Part shown: piece after piece, positions 29,995-39,329 of the stretch | Layout of the letters: every line of letters starts with the position of its first letter | Numbering within the stretch: the stretch's first letter is position 1 | The notes under the pieces: generated by a model | The model's input: the letters and a program-made list of their open reading frames with translations, nothing else | Told to the model about the DNA's origin: nothing | The model's database searches: none | Origin: Anaerolineales bacterium | Lineage (GTDB): Bacteria > Chloroflexota > Anaerolineae > Anaerolineales > UBA11858 | Assembly (NCBI GenBank): GCA_021108255.1 | Contig: JAIORG010000230.1 | Span: forward strand, 1 to 53,737 | Direction: 5' to 3' | Length of the DNA: 53,737 bases | Program-made: the position numbers and the translations under genes

Positions 29995-31305
29995 ATGGAT
30001 AAATTAAAAGAAAAGATAACAGGATTGCTAAGATGGCTTCAGCCAGGATTGGGCATAAAGCGATGGATTCTAGCAATATTGTTGGGAACAACAATAATAG
30101 CGCTAGGGTTGGCTGTATTTATTATTGATTTATACAGGAGAACCCCTGATACATGGTGGCTGCCTTTAATTTCCTTTGCATCACTGAGGGATTTGCCGAG
30201 ATTGGTGCGGGTAATAGTATTTGAAGCGCTGGGTATGGGAATTATTATTTGGGGGATAATCGGGTTAAATAAATCACTACTGGGCCCATTTTTAAGACCC
30301 GGACATAAAATAGTTGACAGATTAGAAAAACATCAAAGCCGGAAACATGGACCAAAAATTGTTGCAATTGGAGGAGGTCATGGATTAGCGACTTTACTGC
30401 GAGGTTTGAAAACGGTCTCCCATAATATATACGCTGTTGTAACTGTTGCTGATGATGGCGGTTCATCAGGAAGATTAAGGGAAAGTCTGGGGATATTGCC
30501 TCCTGGAGATGTGAGAAATTGTTTGGCAGCACTTTCTGACGATGAGGATTTATTGGCTCAATTATTTCAGTACAGATTCGCCAATGACGATAAAAGTTTA
30601 AAAGGACATTCATTCGGTAATTTATTTATAAGTTCAATGGCAGAGGTAACTGGAAGTTTTGAGCAGGCAATTGCCGAATCGGGAAGAGTTCTAGCTGTAT
30701 CAGGAAGAGTCCTTCCGGCTACCCTTGAAAACGTACAGTTGGTAGCTGATATCCTGGAACCTGAGAGCAAAAAGATTATCCGGGTGGTAGGGGAAAGCAA
30801 AGTGACTGAGACTGAGGGAATCATCCGGCGAGTAATGCTCGAACCAAATAACCCCGCTGCTTATCCTGAAGTAATTCAATCTGTGCTATCGGCCGATCTA
30901 ATCGTGATTGGTCCAGGGAGTTTATATACTAGCATTTTACCCAATTTGCTTGTCAGGGATATCACTTCAGCAATAAGAGCAAGTCAGGCTTTAAAGATAT
31001 TTGTCTGCAATGTGGCTACCCAGGTGGGGGAGACCGAAGGATTCTCTTGCGGTGATCACTTACGAGTTATTGAAGATCATGTCGGTAGCAATATATTTGA
31101 TATTGTCGTGGCGAATAATATAAAACCAGGTGAATTTCATCAGAACGTTGAAGGAGTAGAAACGGAAGATGAATTAAGTATGAAATACAATGTTTACACG
31201 TCAGATTTAATTGACATTGAACATCCCTGGAGGCATGAACCAGATAAAATAACCCAAGTATTAATGGATCTTCTAAGAGAGAGGACAGGCCCATTAACAA
31301 TGTAA
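29995..31305 (+). CDS. yvcK: YvcK/GlmR-family protein with N-terminal TM helices
   Basis: GGGHGL, ADDGGSSG, PPGDVRNCL, GHSFGNL, GPGSLYTS. The ATG at 29995 is preferred over the TTG at 29920. Confidence 0.88.
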   Translation: MDKLKEKITGLLRWLQPGLGIKRWILAILLGTTIIALGLAVFIIDLYRRTPDTWWLPLISFASLRDLPRLVRVIVFEALGMGIIIWGIIGLNKSLLGPFLRPGHKIVDRLEKHQSRKHGPKIVAIGGGHGLATLLRGLKTVSHNIYAVVTVADDGGSSGRLRESLGILPPGDVRNCLAALSDDEDLLAQLFQYRFANDDKSLKGHSFGNLFISSMAEVTGSFEQAIAESGRVLAVSGRVLPATLENVQLVADILEPESKKIIRVVGESKVTETEGIIRRVMLEPNNPAAYPEVIQSVLSADLIVIGPGSLYTSILPNLLVRDITSAIRASQALKIFVCNVATQVGETEGFSCGDHLRVIEDHVGSNIFDIVVANNIKPGEFHQNVEGVETEDELSMKYNVYTSDLIDIEHPWRHEPDKITQVLMDLLRERTGPLTM

Positions 31306-31308
31306 TAT

Positions 31309-31337
31309 TTGAAAGGAAAATGAATGTGAAGTATAAT
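31309..31337 (+). promoter_or_regulatory. Sigma70-type promoter of gap
   Basis: TTGAAA-N17-TATAAT followed by a GGAGG RBS. Confidence 0.7.
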
Positions 31338-31369
31338 GTGAAAATTGGCACAATTATCGGAGGAAATGA

Positions 31370-32389
31370 ATGAAAACAAAAATCGGGATTAATGGATTTG
31401 GAAGAATTGGCCGGCAAGTATTAAAAGCTATCAAAAAATATCATGGCGATCAATTTGACGTAGTGGCTATTAATGATTTATATGCTCCTGAAGATAATGC
31501 GAGATTGTTTAAATACGATTCGAATTACGGAGTTTATCAGGGAAGTGTAGAAGTAAAAGATGGAAATCTAGTTGTCGACGGAGATGTTATTCAGGTTCTT
31601 GCTGAGAGAGACCCTGGAAAACTTCCCTGGAAAAAACTTGGTGTAGACATAGTAATTGAATCAACAGGAGTGTTCAAAGACACCAGTAAATCTCCAGGAC
31701 CTCAATCTCATATTGAAGCTGGCGCACAAAAGGTAATAATATCCGCTCCAGCTAAGGGTGAGGATTTAACTGTTGTTATTGGCGTTAACGATGAGTTATA
31801 CGATACAGAAATTCACCACATTATATCTAACGCTTCTTGCACTACAAACTGCCTGGCGCCTCCAGTCAAAGTATTGCACGATAAATTTGGAATTGTGAAA
31901 GGATTGATGACTACAATTCACTCATACACAACTACCCAAAGAATATTGGACCTGGCGCATAGTGATCCCAGGAGGGCAAGAGCTGCTGCCCTGAATATAA
32001 TCCCTGCCACAACCGGCGCTGCTACGGCTCTGTCAAAAGTTATCCCCGAAATGAAAGGGAAATTCGATGGGTTTGCATTACGGGTACCGACTCCAACTGT
32101 ATCTATTGTAGATATGGTGATAGAACTTGAAAAAGAAGTTAGCATAGATGAGGTTAACAGTGTTCTAAAAGAGGCATCTGAGGGTTCACTTAAAGGTATT
32201 ATGGGGTATACCGAAGAACTTCTGGTATCAATGGATTACAAGGGGAATCCATTGTCTTCAATTATTGATTCTGATCTTACAAAAGTTCTAGGTGGGAACA
32301 TGGTAAAAGTAGTTTCTTGGTACGACAACGAATGGGGTTATTCCTCGAGAACGGTTGACATGGCGGCATTAATTGCAAAAACTCTGTAA
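31370..32389 (+). CDS. gap: Glyceraldehyde-3-phosphate dehydrogenase type I
   Basis: [32 protein letters not shown]. Confidence 0.98.
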   Translation: MKTKIGINGFGRIGRQVLKAIKKYHGDQFDVVAINDLYAPEDNARLFKYDSNYGVYQGSVEVKDGNLVVDGDVIQVLAERDPGKLPWKKLGVDIVIESTGVFKDTSKSPGPQSHIEAGAQKVIISAPAKGEDLTVVIGVNDELYDTEIHHIISNASCTTNCLAPPVKVLHDKFGIVKGLMTTIHSYTTTQRILDLAHSDPRRARAAALNIIPATTGAATALSKVIPEMKGKFDGFALRVPTPTVSIVDMVIELEKEVSIDEVNSVLKEASEGSLKGIMGYTEELLVSMDYKGNPLSSIIDSDLTKVLGGNMVKVVSWYDNEWGYSSRTVDMAALIAKTL

Positions 32390-32400
32390 AACATAATATA

Positions 32401-32435
32401 AAAAACGCCCCTTGGTGTATTCGAGGGGCGTTTTT
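32401..32435 (+). terminator. Intrinsic terminator / stabilising hairpin between gap and pgk
   Basis: AAAAACGCCCCTTG-gtgtatt-CGAGGGGCGTTTTT inverted repeat with a U-tract. Confidence 0.75.
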
Positions 32436-32451
32436 AATTTGAGAGAGAATT

Positions 32452-33627
32452 ATGTTTCAAAAGAAAACAATAAAAGATATTGATCTAAATGAAAAAAAAG
32501 TATTTGTGAGAGTAGATTTTAATGTGCCATTGAAAAACGGAAAAGTTGTGGATGATACCAGGATAAAGGCTGCGATTCCAACAATTCAATATTTGTTGAA
32601 TTGTAATGCTGCTGTAATACTGGCGTCCCATCTTGGTCGACCTGGCGGAGAACCAAAAGAGGAGTTTTCATTAAAACCGGTTGCAGATTATTTTGAACAT
32701 TTGATAGATGCAAGAGTGTTATTTGTTAACGATTGCATGGGTGCAATGGTTGAAGAGGCTGCCAAAAATCTGCAAAATGGAGAAATCTTAATCTTAGAAA
32801 ACACACGTTTCCATCCGGAAGAAGAGGCGAATGATCCTCTAATGGGAGCGAAATTAGCTAGCTTAGCCGATGTGTTTGTGAACGACGCCTTTGGAACTGC
32901 ACATCGAGCACATGCTTCCAATGTAGGTATTGCGAAACACATACCAGCGGTTTCGGGGTTACTTCTCGAAAGGGAAATTAATTACCTGGGAAACACAATT
33001 TCTGATCCAGAAAAACCATTTATTGCAATCCTTGGCGGAGCAAAAGTAAGTGGGAAGATTAACGTAATAGATAATCTAGCCGGAAAAGTAGACTATTTCC
33101 TTATTGGTGGAGGAATGGCTAATACTTTCTTTGCTGCGCAAGGTTACAAAATGGGCGATTCGCTAGTTGAAGAAGAATCTTTGGGAATAGCAAAAGAAAT
33201 TTTGAAAGGAACCGGAAAAAAATTATTACTACCGATAGATGTCGTAATTTCAGACGAGTTCAGCGCATCGGCGAATAACAAAACAATCCCGATTGGTGAT
33301 ATTCCTGAAAGTTGGAGCATCATGGATTTGGGACCATTGTCGCTGAATAAATTCGGGAAGATTATCAGAGACAGTAAAACAATTGTCTGGAATGGGCCTA
33401 TGGGAGTATTTGAATTTCCGGCATTCGCGAAGGGAACATTTTCTATGGCAAAAATTGTCGCAGAAAGCAATGCTGTGACAATCGTGGGGGGAGGGGATTC
33501 TGCAGCAGCTTTAAAAGAATCTGGATTAAGCGACAAAATTACCCACATCTCTACCGGCGGAGGAGCCTCTCTGAAAATGCTGGAAGGATCTCTTCTTCCT
33601 GGATTGGAAGCGCTTAACGATAAATGA
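32452..33627 (+). CDS. pgk: Phosphoglycerate kinase
   Basis: RVDFNVP, SHLGRP, LENTRF, NDAFGTAHRAH, HISTGGGASL. Confidence 0.98.
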   Translation: MFQKKTIKDIDLNEKKVFVRVDFNVPLKNGKVVDDTRIKAAIPTIQYLLNCNAAVILASHLGRPGGEPKEEFSLKPVADYFEHLIDARVLFVNDCMGAMVEEAAKNLQNGEILILENTRFHPEEEANDPLMGAKLASLADVFVNDAFGTAHRAHASNVGIAKHIPAVSGLLLEREINYLGNTISDPEKPFIAILGGAKVSGKINVIDNLAGKVDYFLIGGGMANTFFAAQGYKMGDSLVEEESLGIAKEILKGTGKKLLLPIDVVISDEFSASANNKTIPIGDIPESWSIMDLGPLSLNKFGKIIRDSKTIVWNGPMGVFEFPAFAKGTFSMAKIVAESNAVTIVGGGDSAAALKESGLSDKITHISTGGGASLKMLEGSLLPGLEALNDK

Positions 33628-33754
33628 AAATTGCAGCTGCATTTATTTTGAGAGATTGATGGAATCAGATTAAACGAAATTTAGAATTGTATTAAAAACT
33701 CTCGTTTTCGACAACAAACCCATAAAAAAATCAAAAGTTAGTGAGCAGTTGATT

Positions 33755-34981
33755 TTAACTGGCCGATTTGCGTTTAAGGCGGAATAAACGGTGATCAAGA
33801 GCTGCCCTGAGACTATCTGACTGGATGGATGAGGGAGTGACAGACAGAGAGTCTACGGCAGATAAAGTCCAATGAATAGCTTCTTGATAGTCATTTAGTT
33901 TATGTTCGTAATACATCGCCAACTCAATATGAGCTTGAAGCACATCATGAGACGCAATTGTTTCCCAAAGCGGTACTGCCTGCAAAAAATCGCCTTCTTT
34001 TTTATACAAAGATGCGAGTTTTGACATGGCTGTAATGTGTAAATTATCTGGTAGATCAATATTATTTACAGCGTGAAACAAAACGGATTGTGCAGACTGG
34101 GTACGGCCATGCTGGGAAAGATAAACTCCAATTGAAACTAGGTCATCAAATGATTGGTATTCCGCAGTAAGGGGAAATGAAAGACGGTTTGTAATGTAAT
34201 TCAAGAGGGTTATCAGGGAAATTACGTCTACCTCGTTATGATAAAAAACTGAGGAAAGAGGCGTTGGGTCGCCATTTTGAAGATAATCAAAATAATGCGA
34301 AGCAACTTTCCATCCGGGGACATCAAGCGAGGACCTTGTTACTCCGAGCAAATGATGTTCAATATCTCCCAGGGAGCAAGAAGAAAGGTGGGATTTCCAG
34401 AGCCGGCGAGCAATGTGAAGAAGATCTATGTGGAAAACATCAGCAAATGGAGGCGGCCATCCGTGGAATTTGTACCTGGTTTTCAGCCTGGGTAAATCAA
34501 AGGATTTACCGTTATAGGAAATTATCACTTTTGCGGACGAGCAAAAATCTTCCAGAGCGGCTAGCTGCGCAAGCTCATTTGCAGGGTCATGGAGAAAGAA
34601 TTGCGCAAAATTAAAACCTTCATTTGTAAATTTTGCTGCCCCGATCAAGAAAACGTAGGCACCGGCGCCTCCTGATAAACCAGTGGTTTCTGTATCGATA
34701 AATAGAAACTGGTCAAATGGAATCGATGAGATCCCTGAAAGAGATGGAATTTCGTCAAAAATTTCAAGGTTTAAAACCTGAAAAAGCCTTAGGTCGCCAT
34801 GAATAAAGTCCGGGGGGAAGGTTTTTCTGATAACAAAACAGTCACCTTTGGATGTGCTTTCCCAGCAGCCGTCTAATTCAACTGTAAGGCTAAGCGTGGG
34901 ATCGGACTTGACAGGAGCGCTGATTTTATCGGCGCCAATTTGAACGCCCAAAGACTTTAACTTTTCAGTTAGTGAAGTCAT
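33755..34981 (-). CDS. MrfB/YprB-like DEDDh exonuclease (RNase H-like) with C-terminal TPR-like helices
   Basis: FIDTETTGL, YNGKSFDLP, HIDLLH, YHNEVDV; C-terminal helical repeats (LASLYKK..AVPLW, ELAMYYEH). Confidence 0.85.
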   Translation of the reverse strand: MTSLTEKLKSLGVQIGADKISAPVKSDPTLSLTVELDGCWESTSKGDCFVIRKTFPPDFIHGDLRLFQVLNLEIFDEIPSLSGISSIPFDQFLFIDTETTGLSGGAGAYVFLIGAAKFTNEGFNFAQFFLHDPANELAQLAALEDFCSSAKVIISYNGKSFDLPRLKTRYKFHGWPPPFADVFHIDLLHIARRLWKSHLSSCSLGDIEHHLLGVTRSSLDVPGWKVASHYFDYLQNGDPTPLSSVFYHNEVDVISLITLLNYITNRLSFPLTAEYQSFDDLVSIGVYLSQHGRTQSAQSVLFHAVNNIDLPDNLHITAMSKLASLYKKEGDFLQAVPLWETIASHDVLQAHIELAMYYEHKLNDYQEAIHWTLSAVDSLSVTPSSIQSDSLRAALDHRLFRLKRKSAS

Positions 34982-35013
34982 GGTGCAATTTTACTATAGG
35001 GATAAGAGAAAAT

Positions 35014-36165
35014 TTACTTCTGAAGCAAAGCCGTCTTCATTCTTTCCAGCCCGGTGCAAAGTCTTTCTTTTGGACAGCCAAAATTGAGTCTAACGAAGGA
35101 GCTGTATTTCTCGCCAAACCAGAGGCCTTCGTTTAGAGCCACGCGGGCCTGATCGATAAAAAACTTAGAAGGATTTTCAAGTCCTGTCTCTTTGCAATCA
35201 AGCCAACCCAGATAGGTGCTTTCGGGTTTGCTCATTTGCACGCCTGGAAGCTCGGCTTGAACAAAATCAAACAGCAGGTTGCGATTAGCCTCCAAGTAGG
35301 ATAAAAGCTCATCAAGCCAATCCGCTCCGTTTTCGAAGGCTGCGCGCAAAGCAATTTCTCCTAGAAGATTTACCCCACCCACAGACCTATTCATAGTTTG
35401 GACAAATTGATCTCTAAGTAAGGGATTGGTAATTACAGCGGCTGATGTTTTCAGGCCAGCGATATTGAAAGTTTTACTAGCTGACAGCAAAGTTATTGTA
35501 ATAGCGGAAATATCTTTGGAAAGCGAAGCGATGGGGATGTGTTTCGTTTCTGTGAAGACCAGATCGCTGTGAATTTCATCTGAGCAAATTATTACATTGT
35601 GCTTGAGGCAAGCTTCGGCCATGCCTTTAAGTTCCAATTTTGAGAAGGTTCTACCTGTGGGATTTTGTGGATTGCATAACATGAAAATCCTGGTTTCAGG
35701 GGTTAAAGAAGATTGGAAATAATCTTTGTTAACTTTATAAGAACCATTAGAGTTTTGCGATAAAGGGGAGATTATTAAATTTGTGTTTGAGTTATTAGCT
35801 ACATGGAAAAAAGGGTGGTAAGCGGGGGTTTGAATCAATAAGGAATCCCCGGGATTTGAATAAGCTTTTGCAGTGACGTTAAATCCTTGGACGACGCCAG
35901 GGATGAGAATAATATCATCGGTATTTATCTTCCAGTTGTGACGTTTGAGGAGCCATTGCTGAATTGCCTGCTTGGTTGTATCCTGAATTATTGGGTAACC
36001 GAATATTCCGTGATTGATCCTCTCTTGGAGAGAGGAAACTACTGCAGGAGGCGAGAGAAAGTCAGTATCTGCAACCCAGAGAGGCAAAATATCATCCTCG
36101 TACAAATTCCATTTGATACTATCGGATTCGCGCCTGTTAATTAGCTGATCAAAATTATATTTCAT
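35014..36165 (-). CDS. PatB/MalY-family PLP-dependent C-S lyase
   Basis: FDQLINRRESDSIKW, LWVADTDF, CNPQNPTGR, SDEIHSD, SASKTFNIAGL, FVRLNFGCP. Confidence 0.92.
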   Translation of the reverse strand: MKYNFDQLINRRESDSIKWNLYEDDILPLWVADTDFLSPPAVVSSLQERINHGIFGYPIIQDTTKQAIQQWLLKRHNWKINTDDIILIPGVVQGFNVTAKAYSNPGDSLLIQTPAYHPFFHVANNSNTNLIISPLSQNSNGSYKVNKDYFQSSLTPETRIFMLCNPQNPTGRTFSKLELKGMAEACLKHNVIICSDEIHSDLVFTETKHIPIASLSKDISAITITLLSASKTFNIAGLKTSAAVITNPLLRDQFVQTMNRSVGGVNLLGEIALRAAFENGADWLDELLSYLEANRNLLFDFVQAELPGVQMSKPESTYLGWLDCKETGLENPSKFFIDQARVALNEGLWFGEKYSSFVRLNFGCPKERLCTGLERMKTALLQK

Positions 36166-38471
36166 AACAAGTATTCTTTTTTGGCATGTTTATAATAATA
36201 ACGATAAGATGATATTTCGTGAAGAAGAAGATTAAATTTATAGTCAATTGCAGCGAATCCTGGAAGGGGAGAGCCTCCGCCTGAAATAATTTGATTAGAT
36301 TTCAGATGGGAAAGATCATGATCTCCATGTTCATGGAGCCAGGTTATACCCAGTTCGATAAGCGCTGGAGTTTGCCCAATGCTTTGGGCAAAGAGAACAG
36401 GATCGTATGGTTTTCCGGTATCTCTTAGATGTTTAAGAAGCCCCAATATGGCTTGCAAAACTGATCTGTTGGTTTGGGGCATTGGATCTTCCGCAAAGAG
36501 AAAGACTGATTTGGGAGAAACAGAATCTAAAACATTTTTCAGGACTGAGGGGCTCGGTGGGGTTGTCCAGATAATTAGAGTTGGAGATTTAACGAGATCT
36601 TCCCTCGGTAGGCAATTTATACCTGATGGAGTATTGCATTCCGCCCAGATAATTGATGATGGATTTTCGATTACCAGTCGACCTAATTCAGTAAGAGGAT
36701 CGGTTTGTTTTCGGAAATCAAGTATTTTGATTTCCTTTGAATCCTTAAGGAGAATTGGAGTGTCTTTAGAATTACGAAAGTGCTGGAGGGTTAACTGGGG
36801 CTGGGATTTGCGATTGTAATTTGAAAGAACTAATGAGTAAGCAATATCGAAAACACTTTCAGGAAGATCAATGCCGACGCTGTTCCACCACAGGACATCT
36901 TGCTTGGTTCCGGCACTGTCTTCTAAGGTTAATTTCCTGTGATTCCGGTCTTTGCCAATGATTTTGTCAGTTATGAGTTTAACTCCGCGAGAAGCAAACA
37001 ATAATTTGGGATTACCTGAGCCAAAGGGAGAAAGCCGGTGGAAATCATTAATAAAATCAATGGATATTGATTGAAAAGGAAGCAATGTGTCAATTTGTAC
37101 TTGTGGAGAAGGGAGAGATTCGCCAACGATACCCTTGAAATTATGAGCAATTGTTCTTCGAAATTCTGACACTCTATCGGAATGGAGTTTGACGCCTGCA
37201 GCCATGGGATGTCCACCGTGGTTAATTAGAATGTCGCTGGCGCTAGCGATCAGGTCTGAAATTGGCACACCGGGTATAGAGCGCGCGGAACCGCGGGCGT
37301 TGTCTCCTTCTTCAGTAAGCATGATTACAGGTTTATGGAAACGATCAACCAGGCGGCTGGCAACAATGCCTATCACTCCAGGATTCCAGTTTGGAGGGCC
37401 CAGAAGTACGAGAATTGGATAATCCTCAACGAGGTCAGGATTGGTTTCTACTTTAGCAATAGCATCTTGAAAGATAACTTCTGTAAGCTCGCGTCTTTTG
37501 AGATTGAGATTTTCAAGTTCTGCAGCCAGGTTTGCTGCATGAGATTGGTCGTTGGTGGTGAAAAAATCAACACATGAGTTTGCGTCAGCAAGACGGCCGA
37601 GAGCATTCAACCGGGGACCGATGACGAAACCGATTTGATCTTCACTTATAGAAGCTCCATCCAGCTTTGCGTTAATGTAGAGCTGCCGTAACCCCAATCT
37701 GGATGTATTGCGAAGGATTGGTAAGCCGCGCTGGAGAAGATAACGAGTATCACCGTAAAGAGGGGCAACATCAGCGACTATACCAAGAGCGACAAGATCT
37801 AATAGATGGTCAACATTTTTGCCGTAAAGATTATAAAGGTGCTCGATAAGCTTAAACGCTACTCCAACTCCTGGAAGGGTTGATAAAGGATGTTCAGAAG
37901 GAAGCATATTAGGATTGATTATTGCATATGCATTTGGTAGAACCTGGGGAAGTTGGTGGTGGTCAGTGATTATGACGTCGATGCCTTGGTTTCGAGCATG
38001 CTCAATTGGTTCAAAAGCATCAATGCCTGTGTCACAGGTCAAGATTAATGAAGGTCGGAAAATTTCAATTTGAGAAGATAAAGAAGAAGTAGACATGCCA
38101 TGCGATTCTCTTGCGCGATTAGGGATGTAGTGGTGAACATCCCCCCCCAAATCGCGGAGAGCAGACACAAGAAGAGAAGTAGATGTTTGTCCATCAACAT
38201 CAAAATCTCCCCAAACCAGGATTATTTCATTTAGGGAGAGGGCAGATTCGAGACGTTCCGCGGCAAGTTTTAGGCCTGGCAGTTGGGCAGCTGGAGTGGG
38301 TTGGAAAAAATCAGGGTCAAGAAACCCTTGGGCTGATTTAGTTGAGGTTAATCCACGGCGGAACAAGGCCTGGGAGACGACTGAGGAATAACCCAATGTA
38401 GACTGAAAGCTAGAAGGAATATCAAGTAATTCAGGGAAAACCCATGTAATTGCAGAATTGCGCATAGGCAT
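36162..38471 (-). CDS. recJ: Single-stranded DNA exonuclease RecJ (long form with about 200-aa C-terminal extension)
   Basis: GDFDVDG, TCDTG, ITDHH, PRLNALGRL, GSARS, HGGH. Confidence 0.92.
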   Translation of the reverse strand: MPMRNSAITWVFPELLDIPSSFQSTLGYSSVVSQALFRRGLTSTKSAQGFLDPDFFQPTPAAQLPGLKLAAERLESALSLNEIILVWGDFDVDGQTSTSLLVSALRDLGGDVHHYIPNRARESHGMSTSSLSSQIEIFRPSLILTCDTGIDAFEPIEHARNQGIDVIITDHHQLPQVLPNAYAIINPNMLPSEHPLSTLPGVGVAFKLIEHLYNLYGKNVDHLLDLVALGIVADVAPLYGDTRYLLQRGLPILRNTSRLGLRQLYINAKLDGASISEDQIGFVIGPRLNALGRLADANSCVDFFTTNDQSHAANLAAELENLNLKRRELTEVIFQDAIAKVETNPDLVEDYPILVLLGPPNWNPGVIGIVASRLVDRFHKPVIMLTEEGDNARGSARSIPGVPISDLIASASDILINHGGHPMAAGVKLHSDRVSEFRRTIAHNFKGIVGESLPSPQVQIDTLLPFQSISIDFINDFHRLSPFGSGNPKLLFASRGVKLITDKIIGKDRNHRKLTLEDSAGTKQDVLWWNSVGIDLPESVFDIAYSLVLSNYNRKSQPQLTLQHFRNSKDTPILLKDSKEIKILDFRKQTDPLTELGRLVIENPSSIIWAECNTPSGINCLPREDLVKSPTLIIWTTPPSPSVLKNVLDSVSPKSVFLFAEDPMPQTNRSVLQAILGLLKHLRDTGKPYDPVLFAQSIGQTPALIELGITWLHEHGDHDLSHLKSNQIISGGGSPLPGFAAIDYKFNLLLHEISSYRYYYKHAKKEYLL

Positions 38472-38489
38472 TATATCATACCTTGTTAA

Positions 38490-39326
38490 TTAATATTCTA
38501 TTTCACTAACCTGGTCAATATCAAATTGAACATTCTTTAGATCCTCGTGTTCAATTGATGGTGATTTTTCAAATGATCCTGCTGAAGTGCCTCGATTGCA
38601 AAGGGATCTAAAAACACAATATTGACAAACAGCGTTATCGTCAGTTAATTGAAATTCGACATCTTCGGAAATATAGGTATTAATTTTACCTATAATTTGT
38701 TCTAAATCAATCTTGACTTCAGCGTTCTTGTCTTTTGAATAGGGGAAGATTTCTTTGTGTTCTGAAGCTAGTGGATACCAATAATGCATCTCAATACAAG
38801 CAGGAGATATGGGAGTTTCAGGAAATAAATCATTTACTGTCTGACTAAAAATGTAGGGATACAAATGAGTTTGAAGCTTTTTGTCTAATGTTGAGCGGGA
38901 AGGTTTCTTTGAGGCAGTTTTCCAATCGATTATTAAATATTTCTCTGAATTGATTTCAACTACAAGATCGTATTTCGCAATAAGTTTGTGAGTGAGGAGC
39001 GAAATACTAAGCAGGGGTTCAGGGAAAAAACGATATTTGAGCAACGATTTACCATACGGTAAGAATTTATCCCACATAGCCTGCAAATCAGGGTCGGATA
39101 AAGAATTTTCAATCAAAACAGGATCAATTCCTGAAAAGAATTGCTGGCAAATCAAATGGAATCTATTGCCAAGCAATGTTGATATTTCAAATTTGCCAAT
39201 GGGTTCTGAATAAGCTGCGGGCAGAGATAAGCCTTCAATAACTTTTAATTGGAAACGACGCGGACAATCCAAAAAGTCCTGCAAGTTGCTCTGATTTAGC
39301 TGTAAGGATTGATTAGGTTTTGACAT
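38490..39326 (-). CDS. Stand-alone PD-(D/E)XK RecB-family nuclease with four-Cys Fe-S staple (AddB/AdnB nuclease-like)
   Basis: CPRRF (Cys21), GNRFH, KYDL, IIDWKT, QTHLY, CQYCVFRSLC. Confidence 0.88.
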   Translation of the reverse strand: MSKPNQSLQLNQSNLQDFLDCPRRFQLKVIEGLSLPAAYSEPIGKFEISTLLGNRFHLICQQFFSGIDPVLIENSLSDPDLQAMWDKFLPYGKSLLKYRFFPEPLLSISLLTHKLIAKYDLVVEINSEKYLIIDWKTASKKPSRSTLDKKLQTHLYPYIFSQTVNDLFPETPISPACIEMHYWYPLASEHKEIFPYSKDKNAEVKIDLEQIIGKINTYISEDVEFQLTDDNAVCQYCVFRSLCNRGTSAGSFEKSPSIEHEDLKNVQFDIDQVSEIEY

Positions 39327-39329
39327 GCG

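Noticed and set aside
38490-39326. Cas4 / CRISPR-associated nuclease
   Set aside because: It shares the Fe-S RecB-like fold, but I saw no cas1, cas2 or repeat-spacer array. The UvrD-like neighbours fit a repair nuclease better.
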